From Chiloscyllium plagiosum (lineage: Eukaryota): 32,066 nt of DNA. Under the pieces are notes generated by a model. That model was not told the origin of the DNA, searched no databases, and saw nothing but the letters and a program-made list of their open reading frames with translations. Positions 1 through 11,275 of the stretch are shown here, one piece after another (the stretch's first letter is position 1; every line of letters begins with the position of its first letter). The position numbers and the translations under genes were made by a program. The stretch covers positions 2,814,609-2,846,674 of the forward strand of contig NC_057758.1 in NCBI RefSeq assembly GCF_004010195.1, in the 5' to 3' direction.

Positions 1-236
1 GGGGTAGGTATAGGACAGATGTTAGGGGTAGGTTCTTTACTCAGCGAGTCGTGAGTTCATGGAATGCCCTGCCAGTAGCAGCGGTGGACTCTCCCTCATT
101 ATGGGCATTTAAGCGGGCATTGGATAGGCATATGGAGGATTGTGGGCTAATGTAGGTTAGGTGGGCTTGGATCGGCGCAACATCGAGGGCCGAAGGGCCT
201 GTACTGCGTTGTATTCTTCTATGTTCTATGTTCTAT
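1..236 (+). mobile_element. CR1 LINE 3' end (young subfamily), continues beyond the window start
   Basis: ORF2 C-terminus (RTDVRGRFFTQRVVSSWNALPVAAVDSPSLWAFKRALDRHM), 3' UTR GGGCCGAAGGGCCTGT and (TTCTATG)n tail ending at 236; highly similar to the reverse complement of 30955-31190. Confidence 0.92.
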
Positions 237-1015
237 AACATGATTGAGACTTTCCAGGACAGAAACAGTAGAGAACTTTGGTGACACCATCGTTAATTTT
301 CTATTGTTTTACTTATACTTGTGATGGATCTGAAAGTGAAGTCAAAACTAAACTTTGATCATTAAATTGTGATAAATGCAGTAAAACTGGCAGAGATTTG
401 TTTTGTTAATGGTAGACCTGCTAGGCAATGGTAATTCATTACAAATCTGGGTAATGCTGCGGACGATGCAACATCGAGTTCTGTTATGCCCGGTGCTGAC
501 ACCTAGTTGCATGTTGAATTTCCTAATCAAGGGAAGGCAGACGCTTACCAGGCAACACAAAGAATAGTGATTAAAATAAAAAGAGGAATAGTGGTCTAAC
601 TTTGGCAGGACGGAAATGAGTTTTTTAATCATTGGGGCTTGATGATATGATTTACTCTCTCTCGTTGTCTGTCCAGTTCAACAATGGTTGAACGTTCTGT
701 CAAACATTTGATTTTCTATTCCTGATTGAAAAAAACGTATGAAAGAGTACATTTAACGGATAGCAACACGGTTACCTATGTTCACTACATTTCACACAGA
801 CAATTCACATGAACAGTAACGCCAGCAGAGGGGACAGTAAACCACAAGCGCATTCTTGTTGTAAAGCCTGCTTTCCAGCATCAATCCCTGACTGCAGAAA
901 CTTACCTGGGACGTCAACAATAGCTAGAATAAGCTAGTAAAAAGTTAAATAATCCGAATTGATCTATAGATCCACGATTCCAAATTCATTCATTTATGAT
1001 TCTGATAAATGTAAT
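237..1015. repeat. Paralogous block (intron + exon 1) duplicated at about 14928-16127
   Basis: Collinear matches: ACATGATTGAGACTTTCCAGG (238/14929), CTAATCAA.GGA.G.AGACGCT (~522/~15200), GTAAAGCCTGCTTTCCA (~860/~15973), ATAGATCCACGATTCCAAAT (~967/~16079). Confidence 0.85.
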
Positions 1016-1085
1016 TGAGCTCATAAGAGAGCGATTTTTCTAATGTTGGAATACTGGGAAGTGTTGATCCCAACTTCGAATCCAT
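906..1085 (-). pseudogene. Exon 1 of a GPR139-like orphan GPCR, decayed (copy A); exon 2 would lie left of the window
   Basis: Minus strand reads MDSKLGSTLPSIPTLEKSLSYELNYIYQNHK*MNLESWIYRSIRII*L[fs]Y*LILAIVDVP followed by a phase-1 donor G|GTAAGT at 906/905. Same position as the YYPFLAAIGIL G|gtaagt exon at 25768-26002, and paralogous to 16018-16127. Has in-frame stops and a frameshift. Confidence 0.72.
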
Positions 1086-1599
1086 TCATGTTACAATTTC
1101 TTATATTGCAATCAAGCTTCGCCCTCTGTAGTGAGCTGCAGGCTTCTGCCAGCTTAAAAGGTCACACAGCGCTCTGTCTTAGACTGTGAAAGGACACATT
1201 GGGAGGCAGGTGCTTATTACGAGAAGCAGGATACTGGGGATACAGTCAGACAACAGAATGCTGCTAATAACAATTACATCAGATGGAGCAGGTTCAGGTT
1301 TAAAACCCAGTGAGTTTTAACCAATAAAAATACTTCTGCCATAGCATCTGTAAAACTTTACAGTTTGCTGAAAATGTGGGACCAAAAGGTGAAAGCTTCA
1401 ATGACCTATGATCAGCTAGGGATTGACCAGGTGACTGCAGAATGGATGCTTTTGAGCAGATATTAGTAGCCCATCAACATTGAAGGGCGTTTTGCTGTTG
1501 AGAGGTCAACAATCATCATTTGTGATATTGTTGCACACATCACCTTCTAGGATATTGTCTGAGGTTGATGCATCAGCGCTGGTTAGAATGAATGTCCAG

Positions 1600-1920
1600 A
1601 GGATGATCTATCTCAGACTCCTGAGTTGCCAGTGATACAGTTTGTCTGTTTTCAGCCGATTCTGCTCACATCAGATGGTATCCATAAGCAGCTGAAGGCA
1701 TTGACAAGAAAAATTACCTTCCGTTCTCAGAGTATCCCCAAGCCACGATGCAAAACCTGTGCATGCATTGGACAATCAACACTTTCCATGCCCTACACAC
1801 CGACACTGGCAGGACGTGACAATCTAGGAAATAAATCACATGATGCCAGTTTAGAAAAAAAGCTTAGGAAACAATAAAGTTATCCAGTCAGTTCCCATCT
1901 CTCACTCGACCACCCTCCTT
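1600..1920 (+). mobile_element. Old CR1/L2-group LINE ORF2 fragment
   Basis: Degenerate FQPILLTSDGIHKQLKAL, resembling the pre-RT segment of a second LINE family; probably the family whose 3' ends occur at 26500-26865, 27610-27990 and 30700-30950. Confidence 0.5.
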
Positions 1921-2319
1921 CCCCAACAAAGAGACGGACAGTTCATTGACAGATGCATCGGTCCTCTGCAGACAGAAATAATTGATGCTGGTGTGATATC
2001 CAATAGGATCCATATCTGTCTGTAGCGCTGTTTGAAAGATGAACAGAATTGCACTGCAGAGGTGAAGTGAGAGGGAATGCTGTTGACAGAATCTCTGCGT
2101 ATGTCAGAGAGTGTCATCAGGCATTGTCAGTGAGTGGAAAATTGGCACAGACTCTTCACTTTCTTGAGGTTGAAAGAATATGTCATGGTTGTTGGAAACC
2201 AATCATCTCTCACCAATCCTCACATCTCCGGAAACGTGCAAGCAAAGAAGCCATGAGCAGGATTTGGCTATTCGAATCTGCGAGACTGTTGCAAGATTCA
2301 AAATGACCATCGCTGCTAA

Positions 2320-2820
2320 TCTAGCTGAATCCTTCCTTCCCACATGCGTCCCGAAACCGTTTGATCCCATTCTCCCAAAGTACAATATCTAACTGCTTTT
2401 TACAGACGTTCAAGGTTTTGGCCTCCCTCACTTTCTCTGACCGAGGATTCCATAGGTTGATCACTCTCTGCGTCAAAATATATCCTTTTTTCTCAGTTTT
2501 ATATAGCCAAACCCCATAACCTTAGACTTTGAGCACATTCTTCTCGATCTGGCGTTATTTGGAATAAACTACCTGTCCTCTGTTGAATCCTGTCAGAATT
2601 TTGAAAGATTCCATTGCATCACAGCTCATTCATATGAAGTCCAGTGAAACGAGTTCAAATGGATTCAGTCTCTCTTCATATGCTAATTGTTCCATCACTT
2701 GAATAAGTCCGATAAATCAGTTTGACATACATTGGCGCAGTCTCTCCATTGTCAGAACACCCTTCCTCAGGAATGAGAAGTGCACAAAGCGTTCCAGATG
2801 GGATCACAACAAGAGTATTA
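2320..2820 (-). mobile_element. Degraded CR1 LINE 3' fragment
   Basis: Reverse complement resembles the CR1 ORF2 C-terminus (TQRVINLWN-like motif at ~2445-2475). Confidence 0.6.
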
Positions 2821-2847
2821 TTAGCGGAATGTTTCAGAATCGGAAGA

Positions 2848-3195
2848 TCAATACCGAGGGAGTGTTGCAGTGTCACAAGGTCAGTGCAGAGAAAACGCCT
2901 CACTGTAGGAGGGTTCGTGCAGAGAGGGCACTGGACAATCGGAGTGTTAGTGTTGAGAGAATGGCCACTGTTGGCCAGCTGGTGTTGAGGGAACGCCACA
3001 GGATTAATGCTGATGGAGCACTCAGCTGATCAATACTGAGGGAGTGATGCACTTTTGGAGGGTCGATGCTGAGGAAGCACTGCACTGTCAAAGGGTGAGT
3101 GGTAAGGCAGAGCGCACTGCTGAGCACTCAGTGCTGAGGGAGAACCGAACTTTTCGATGGTCAGCTTTGAGTGAGTGAGCTAATATCGAAGAGAG
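2848..3195. repeat. Degenerate 33-bp minisatellite, about 10 copies, consensus TCAGTGCTGAGGGAGTGCTGCACTGTCGGAGGG
   Basis: Units start at 2848, 2881, 2914, 2947, then 3030, 3063, 3096, 3128, 3161; period about 33 nt with no unique spacers. Confidence 0.8.
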
Positions 3196-3369
3196 AGTCC
3201 CAATCAATTGAATGAGTTAAACATTGAAGTAAAAGATAGCGGACACACCTCCTCATGTGTGTTACATGTCATGTTTCTGATGTTTTTCCAATAGTCTATC
3301 TGCTCTTCCACAGTGAACTAAATTTATTATAAATGCTGTGCGGACAACGCCATCAGAGCACAACAGATT

Positions 3370-3530
3370 GTGGGTGAGGAGTGTCATTGGGTCAGGGAAT
3401 ACTTGATGAATGATGGGACACCAGGAATAAGTGGGCGTCAGAGGGAGTTTATATAACTATCGATAGATCCTCTAATGTAGCAGCACAGGTAGAAAAAGTG
3501 GGTCAGGCGATATATGGAGTACTGGCCTAC
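3370..3530 (+). mobile_element. Short degraded CR1 ORF2 fragment
   Basis: Encodes ...SSNVAAQVEKVGQAIYGVLA, matching the post-RT CR1 motif SLKVAXQVDKVVKKAYGMLA. Confidence 0.55.
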
Positions 3531-3559
3531 GATATACTTACGATACACCTGGATAAATT

Positions 3560-4150
3560 ACCCCATTTGACTCCAGTTCAAAACCATTTGCTCGTCACTT
3601 TGAAGTTATGCCATCGGGCCTCAGACACATTTGGTTGGGGAAGTAATTATTACAATCCACTCCATCTGTGCCTCTCATAGTTTTGTGTACCTTCATCAAA
3701 TTCCCCCCTCCCCAATCCTCCTCTGCTCCAAAGAGACAAATCGCAGTCTTTCTACTTAACTGAGACATTTCATCCAACGTAATATCCTTATGAATCCCTT
3801 CTGCATTGTTTGCAATGAAGTCAGTCCTTGTGCTAATATGGCGAGCAAAACTGCACAGTATTCCATTTGAGGACAAAATTGTGTTACAAAATTGTAGCGA
3901 AATTTATTTTCTCCAGACTTTACGAATGCCTAATGAAGGCAAGTATATTTTATGCCTTCTTCAACAAACCGTTACCTGTGCTGACACTTTCAAGGATCCT
4001 TGCACACCAAGATCCCGCAGTTCCTGCACACTTTTTGCAGATCTGCCACTCATTTTCTATGCCCTTTCCTGATGAACGTTCTCAAAATGAATCACCTCGC
4101 ACTTAACAGGCAGAAGTCTCACCAGCCATTGCTCTGGCAAATTTTGCATT
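3560..4150 (-). mobile_element. Degraded CR1 LINE ORF2 fragment
   Basis: Minus strand gives DLGV-SLKVSAQV near 3970-4015 and LFGAEE..GGNLMKVHKTMRG near 3675-3740. Confidence 0.6.
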
Positions 4151-4299
4151 TAAACAATACCAGCGTACACATAGACCATCCTCCTCATAATCAACTACAT
4201 GACCAAATTTCGAGAAGTATACAACCTTACTGATTATACATTTTATATTCTCATGCAAGTTGTGAACTTATCGTTCTGAGTCTCGGAATAGGTTGGTTT

Positions 4300-4605
4300 T
4301 GCATAGAAATAAGGAGGCGTCCATTTAACACTCAGATCAGGAGTTTCTTTTTTCTCTATCAGCAGTTTGTGAGCCATCAGAATTCCCTTCCTGAAAATGC
4401 AGTGGATTCAAAAGATTTTTTTTAAGTCAAATGTAATGAGATTTTTGATGACTGAGGGGATGAATGCTGATAGGGTGATATACATGAATGCAGAAATGAG
4501 GATAAAATTGAAACAACTATCATCTTATTGAGTGAGTGAGTGTGTGTGAGGGAGGGTTAGTAGTCTCCAGGGACTGAATGGACTCCTCTTGTTCCTTGTT
4601 CTTGT
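4300..4605 (+). mobile_element. Degraded CR1 3' end
   Basis: IRRRPFNTQIRSFFF-like C-terminus and 3' UTR GGGACTGAATGGACTCCTCTTGTTCCT. Confidence 0.55.
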
Positions 4606-5240
4606 GTTGAGGTTACTTCATAAAAATGCCTGGCAGCTTCTCGCACCGACATGTCCTATTTGTCCTTACGTGTGTTCCGCTCAATCAATTGTGCTTTGAC
4701 GTTGAAGGAGTGTACTGTAAGTCAGAAAGAGACTGAAAGCTGACAAGCACCTGTCATGTCGCAGAGTGTGCTGGAATATTTGAAGATGGAGCATTTTTGC
4801 TGGAACGTAGATACCTGACGCTTTTCACTGCAATACGAATTTAAACAAGCAGTTTACATTATACCCAAAGATACTAAAACCCAATCGAATTTGATTTTAC
4901 TGTTTTGACAACATGAAGTGAACGAGACGATCCGGTGTTTTGGGGATTAAAAGCAGGTATTTTGCACATTCAGCCAGATACAAAAAGTACCTTCTGCCAT
5001 CGGCAGACTGCTATTCAAAACTCTCTCAAAATTATACCTTGCTTTTTTTTTCAAATGAAAGCATCCGTGCAGCAGAAGATCAAGACGACCCAGGGAGATC
5101 TAAAAACGGAGGAGGATCGACACCGCTAACTGGTTTTGAAAATTGATTTGATATAAATTTAACAGGGACTCTATTGGCAGTTTATATAGTGGGAGGCAGA
5201 CAAACCTAAAAGAAAAATGAGGCTTAGAGTTATAAACTCT

Positions 5241-5944
5241 TCCACTGACACCCTCCTTCGACTGACTGAACTGGTCCTCACCCTGAACAACTTCTCTTTC
5301 CAATCCTCCCACTTCCTCCAAACGAAAGGAGTAGCCATGGGCACCCGCATGGGCCCCAGCTATGCCTGCCTCTTCGTAGGATATGTGGAACAATCCATCT
5401 TCCGCAACTACACTGGCACCACCCCACACCTTTTCCTCCACTACATCGTTGACTGTATCGGCGCCGCCTCATGCTCCCACGAGGAGGTTGAACAGCTCCC
5501 ATTCCACCAAGGATATGCAGGTCTTTGGATTCCTCCATCGTCAGACCACAGCGAAACGACGGTTGGATGAAGAACGCCTCATCTTCCGGCTAGGAACTCT
5601 CCAACCACAAGGGATGAACTCGGGTTTCACCAGTTTCCTCATTTCCCCTCCCCCCACCTTGTCTCAGTCAAATCCATCGAATTCAGCACCGCCTTCCTAA
5701 CCTGCAATCTTCTTCCCGACCTCTCCGCCCCCACCCCAGTCTGACCTATCACCCTCACTTTGACCTCTTTCCACCTATCACATTTCCGACGCCCCTCCCC
5801 CAAGTCCCTCCTCCCTACCTTTTATCTTAGCCTGCTGGACAAACTTTCCTCATTCCTGAAGAAGGGCTTATGCCCGAAACGTCGATTCTCCTGTTCCCTG
5901 GATGCTGCCTGACCTGCTGCGCTTTTCCAGCAACACATTTCCAG
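5241..5944 (+). mobile_element. Penelope-like element, 5'-truncated and internally deleted, flanked by a 13-bp direct repeat
   Basis: RT segment LTELVLTLNNFSF..QTKGVAMGTRMGPSYACLFVGY..HYIVDC joined at ~5495 to the endonuclease C-terminus EERLIFRLGTLQPQGMN; AGTTATAAACTCT at 5228-5240 and 5943-5955. Confidence 0.92.
5851..5887 (+). ncRNA. Minimal type I hammerhead ribozyme motif in the Penelope 3' terminus
   Basis: CTGAAGA (5856-5862) - A - stem II GGGC/TTAT/GCCC - GAAA - palindromic ACGT stem III - GTC cleavage triplet (5881-5883); stem I weak (ATTC/GATT). Confidence 0.7.
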
Positions 5945-6792
5945 TTATAAACTCTAGTTGTGTAATGTTGGTTTTAGAACTAAAGAATGAAATTGTTATT
6001 TTTTCTTTAATCAGTGGATTTTACGTAGTTCTCTGTCACTCTTACTTTATCAGATAACGAGAAGAGGTGAGCTTGCCTGTGTGCTTGACTTAATTAATAG
6101 ATGTGCTCACTGCCGTGTTTGAACAGTTCGGCTGCTCGGGTAGGTGATTTGGACAGGTTTAGTCAGACCAAGTCTGAAACCTGAACAGATTTTAAAAGAT
6201 TTGGATTGAAACATCCCTGCAGAGTTAACCATTAGCTGAATAGTGTGCTCGGTTTTTCAATAAAACATAGGTGAGACAATTCGTTTAATTTAGGTTACTT
6301 GTGGTAGCTTAAATTAGAAATGAGAGAAACAGCTCTTTAAATTGTTCAAGAGGTTCTGGGTTTGAACTCGATTCCCAAATTTATCCATAAAATGTAGAAC
6401 GAAAAGAAAAGATCATAGTTTTAGAGTTAGCAAAAAAAAGTTTAGCCTTGGGTTTAACCAATGACAAAAGTAAAAGTGAAATTGTAAGGGATTTCCTGTT
6501 TAGGTGTGTCAGAGAAACAGACAAGTGCAATAGAATTAGAAAAAAGAAATAAAAAACATTGAATAAAATGGTGTTGGAAGTTAACAGGATGGACATGAAG
6601 ACAGCAGGTAGTGGTGTATTATGTTAAATCACTGCCACATTTTGATGACAAAGATGTCAAAGCCTTCTTTATTTAACTTGAAAAATTGGCAAGGTAGAAG
6701 GAATAGTCAGAGGACCTTCGGTAATGCTATTCAGACTAAACTGTTGTCAGAGCGAGTGAATTGTTTCCAGCGCTCTCAGATGAGGGGTGAAG

Positions 6793-7873
6793 TCATAGAG
6801 TCATAGAGTCATAGAGATGGACAGCATGGAAACAGACCCTTTGGTCCAAACCGTCCATGCCGACCATATATCCCAACCCAATCTAGTCCCACCTGCCAGC
6901 ACCCGGCCCATATCCCTCCAAACCCTTCCTATTCATATACCCATCCAAATGCCTCTTAAATGTTGCAATTTTGCCAGCCTCCACCCCATCCTCTGGAAGT
7001 TCATTCCATACACGTACCATCCTCTGTGTGAAAAAGTTGCCCCTTAATTCTCTTTTATATCTTTCCCCTCTCACCCTAAACCTATGCCTCCAGTTCTGGA
7101 CTCCCCAACCTCAGGGAAAAGACTTTGTCTATTTATCCTATCCATGCCCCTCATAATTTTGTAAACCTCTATAAGATCACCCCTCAGCCTCCCATGCTCC
7201 AGGGAAAACAGCCCCAGCCTGTTTAGCCTCTCGCTGTAGCTCAGATCCTCTAACCCTGACAACATCCTTGTAAATCGTTTCTGAACCCTTTCAAGTTTCA
7301 CAACATTTTCCGATAGGAAGGAGACCCGAATTGCACGCAATATTCCAACAGTGGCCTAATCAATGCCCTGTACAGCCGCAACATGACCTCCTAACTCCTG
7401 TACTCAATACTCTGACCAATAAAAGAAAGCATATCAAACGCCTTCTTTACTATCCTATCGATCTGCGACTCCACTTTCAAGGAGCTACAAACCTGCACTC
7501 CCAGGTCTCTTTGTTCAGCAACACTCCCTAGGACCTTACCATTAAGTGTGTAGTGTATAGTTGTTCTGTTACCATTAAGTGTATAGTTCCCTGGCTTGTC
7601 TTCACCGTCGTTCTTAAGCAGTGGCACCACGTTTGCCAACCAGTCTTCCGGCACCTCACCTGTGACTATCAATGATACAAATATCTCAGCAAGAGGCCCA
7701 GAAATCACTTCTCTAGCTTCCCACAGAGTCCTCGGGTACACCTGATCAGGTCCAGGGGATTTATCCTTCAACCGTTTCAAGACATCCTCCTCTGTAATCT
7801 TGACATTTTGCAAAATGTCACCAGCTATTTCCCTACAATCTATATCTTCTATATCCTTTCCCACAATAAATAC
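6793..7873 (-). mobile_element. CR1 LINE inserted in Gypsy gag, 5'-truncated, RT core deleted
   Basis: (TCATAGAG)3 tail at 6793-6816; ORFs give LRGNFFTQRMVRVWNELP, LERVQKRFTRM, RLRGDLIEVYKIM and DKSPGPDQVYPRTLWEARE..VPEDW..KPGNY joined to YTLNGKVLGSVAEQRDLGVQV. Confidence 0.93.
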
Positions 7874-10319
7874 GTAGTGATTATACACAGGTCAAACTGG
7901 CTATTTGGAGTCCTTATGAATTGGTAGAATTGCTTCAGAAACATAAAGAAGGAACAAAGTCAGGCTTAAGTTGAGTTCTAAAGCATAAACAAAGTCATTT
8001 TGATAGATGGATATAGGGCTACAAAATATTTCAGACCAATGAGTTTGTAAGAGGGGTTATTCTGCTGGAAGAGTATAAACACGTACTTCCAGAGATGATA
8101 AAATTTCTTATTCATGAACTGGAAGTTCAAAAACTGAGAAGAGCAGATGAACACACATTGACGCAAAAGGCAATGTTTAGAATCCAGCAAGAACTTCATC
8201 CTGTGAAGATGAAAATTGGGAGAAGTGGAGATCCCATACTACAAAATAAAGAAGAAAGAACACTGGTAATTGATTACTGGATGTTAAAAACGAGGTCTAG
8301 GATGTGAAAAGACGGTAAAAGGCTACAGCTGTAAAGTGGAACACGTAAAGTCACAATACTGGTCGTTAAATAAAAGCATAATGGGAAAAGATGTGGCAAA
8401 AGAAGCAAAGCCAGTGGCATTAATGAGAATAGTAATTGAAACCCCAACGCAATTGGAAGACTTGCAGGAGAGTGCGCAGCCTATGCAAGGGCCGGATATT
8501 GAGTTAATGCCTGATCTCTCTGTGGGTCAGTTTTACTCAGAAACAACAGTGGGAGAAACAGAAAAAAAGCCATACTTTTGAGAGACACAGGATCTAACCA
8601 GTCTCTACTACTAAGAGATGAACGTATTTGCAATATTTCTAATTTGCCACCAAGAGAGTAGCAATTTGTTGGAGAGATGGGCAGAAATTTAGCGTGTCCC
8701 AATGTAAGATCAGATTGGAGTGCCAACTCCAGACTGGGGAAGTAACAGTGGGAGTGATTGACAGACTGTCTGTTTCAGGAATTCAGTTTGTTCTTCGGAA
8801 CGATTTAGCAGGATCCAAGTTGGGAGTGACACCGATTATTGTGTAGAAGCCTAAGGAAGACCAGGGATGGAAACAGTTAAAAGAAAAACACCCTGACATT
8901 TTTCTCAGACTGTGTACTAACAAAAATCCACAGTGTGCATTCAGACCACGAAGCAAAAAGATGAAAGACATCAGATTCAGATAGCCGACACCCTCTTTAA
9001 TGAAATGTTGCAGGAAAGATCTGAACAGGCAGAGGGTCAGACAGAAGTGCTGAGTCCTGAAAGGCTGATGTACTTGCAACAGAAAGATGAGACAATAAAA
9101 TATATATCTGTTGATGCACACTCAGGAAAGGAAATAAAGCATATTCCTAAGGTTAGTATGTTACAAATAGAATCAAAAGCCGAATACGTAGATCATGGCA
9201 GGCTAGTGCCGAGGAGAAATGGGCGCAAGTGCACCAGATTGTGTTGTCGGTTGCATGCAGACAGGACGATTTACGGGTAGCAAATGAACTATCAGTAGGA
9301 AATCACCTGGGTGTACGGAAGACTCAGCTAAAGTACAAAAACATTTCTATTGGCCTGGAATGAAGAAGAATGACGTTAACTTTTGCCATACATGCCATAT
9401 ATGTCAAATGTAGGTAAGCCATAAACAGTAATAAAAGCAGCACCTTCTTTGGCAATTCTCGCAGTCAAAATCATTTCATGTGTGTTATGATCGATTGCAT
9501 AGGTCCCGTCCCGGGAACTAAAAGTGGGAACCGTACTTGATAACTAAAATGGATGTGTCTATAAGGTTCTTGAAGACAATTCCATTACGGAGTATTCAGA
9601 CAAAAAAGGATGTTAAAGTTGTTAGTAGCTTTCTTCACGCGGTATGGGCGACCCAGAGAGATTCGATAACACCAAGGGCCTAATATTACTTCTAGGCATT
9701 TTAAGGAGATCGTGGAGAGTCTAGGTATACAGCACTTTAAATCCAGTACGCATCATCCTGAATCCCTGGGAGTTTTAGAAAGGTGGCATCAGATCCTGAC
9801 GACCATGATAAAGGCATATTCTCAGGGTGCCCCGAATGATTGGGATAAGGTTATCCCATTTATGTTTTTCTGCCATGACAGCTGCCCCAAAGAATCTACT
9901 CAGTTTACTCCCTTTGAGTTAATATTCGGACATGACGTGAGAGGCCCTTTGAAATTAATTAAACAGAAATTCACAGTAATTAAAGTCGGAAATCTGACAC
10001 TTTGATTATGTGTCGGAAGTGAGTGACAGATTAAATCGCTTAGGTCAGTCAGCTAAACAGCAACAGAAGAGGGCACAGCATGGAATGAAGCATGTGGCAG
10101 ATAAAAAAAAAAACCTAAAATTCGGACTTTTCCGTGGTGACATGACATACAAGTATTGTTCCCAGAGACAGGTGAATCCGTCGGAGCTATGTTTCGTGGT
10201 TGCTATCAAAATGAGAAAAGAAGTTGAGTCAGGTAAACTATCTTGTGAAGACGTTGGATCGGAAAATGTTTATGGCGCATGTCATGTGAATATTTTGAAA
10301 CTGTATTAAAATAGAGCTA

Positions 10320-11275
10320 TATCAGTGGTCAGGAATGGATGTTGCAGGCTCTAGGGTTTATATCTTCCATTAAGAACAGGCAAAAGTTTCGGAAAGGATA
10401 TTAAGAGATAAGATTTGGAATAATCTAACACGCAACAATTTGATTTCAGATAGTCAACATGGTTTCGTCAAGGGCAGGATATGTCTCACAAACCTCAATA
10501 AATGTTTGAAAAGGTGACCAAGCATGTGGATCATGGTAGGGCAGATGACGTGGTGTACATGGACAAGGTTTCACATGGTAGGCTGTTGGAGAAAATGCAG
10601 CGGTATGGGATTGAGAGTGATTTCGCAGTTTGGATTAGAAACTGGCTTTCTGAAAGAAGGCAGCGAATGGTGGTTGTTGGAAAATATTCAGCCTGGAGTC
10701 CGTTTACTAGTGTTGTGCCACAAGGATCTGTTTTGGACCACTGCTGTTTGTCATTTTTATAAGTGATTTGAACGCAGGCATAGGTGGATGGATCAGTAAA
10801 TGTGCAGACAACACTTAGATTAGAGTCGGTGGAGTAGTAGTGGACATTGTGAAAGAATGTTACAGGTTGCAGGGGGACTTGGATAAGCTTCAGAATAGCA
10901 AATGGCGTTCAATAGAGATATATGTGAGGTGATACACTTTGAGAGGAATAACAGGAACGCAGAATACTTGTTCAATGAAAGCAATCTTGGTAGTGTGGAT
11001 GTGCAAAGTGATCTTGGTGTCCATGTGCATAGGTCCCTGAAAGTTGCCAACCTTGCTGTACGAGCTGAAAAGATGGCATACTGTGTGTTAAGTTTTGTTT
11101 TGGAGTGGGATTGAGTTCTGGAGCCGTGCTGTAATGCTGCAACTGTACAAAAGGCAAGTGCGACATCACCTGGAATATTGTGTACAGTTCTGCTCACACC
11201 TTTACAGGAAGGATGTGAAAACATTGCAACGGGTGCACTGGAGATTTCTAGAGGTATCATGAGATTATAGGGCTG
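10320..11275 (+). mobile_element. CR1 LINE RT fragment, degraded; marks the 3' truncation of the Gypsy element
   Basis: QHGFVKGRICLTNL, DVVYMDKVSHGRLL, WIRNWLSERRQR, SVVPQGSVL, DLGVHVHRSLKV. Confidence 0.9.

Larger units (their letters stand above)
4690..6125 (+). repeat. 5' LTR of the Gypsy element, interrupted by a Penelope-like insertion
   Basis: Shares GATACTAAAACCCAATCGA, GAGGCTTAGAGTT and a terminal GCCGT..ACA with the reverse complement of 17652-18411; followed by GTTCGGCTGCTCGGG, a degenerate tRNA-Pro-type PBS. 5' boundary approximate. Confidence 0.75.
4690..10315 (+). mobile_element. Degraded Ty3/Gypsy LTR retrotransposon (Gmr1-like): 5' LTR-PBS-gag-protease-integrase, 3'-truncated, with nested Penelope and CR1 insertions
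   Basis: LTR ~4690-6125 is homologous to 17652-18411. Gag motifs LSDEG..DYTQVKLAIWSPYELV and knuckle remnant VEHVKSQYW (~8336). Protease LRDTGSNQSLL (~8578). Integrase Zn finger HLGVRKTQ..HFYWPGM..CHTCHICQ (~9300-9410) and core HPESLGVLERWHQIL..TPFELIFGHDVRGPL (9712-9950). Many stops and frameshifts. Confidence 0.9.

Noticed and set aside
1145..1165. TATA-like TTTTAAG upstream of copy A exon 1 (minus strand)
   Set aside because: Non-canonical and unsupported without TSS data or paralogue alignment.
2848..3195. CRISPR-like ~33-bp periodicity
   Set aside because: The units are contiguous degenerate repeats with no unique spacers, there are no cas genes, and the context is vertebrate.
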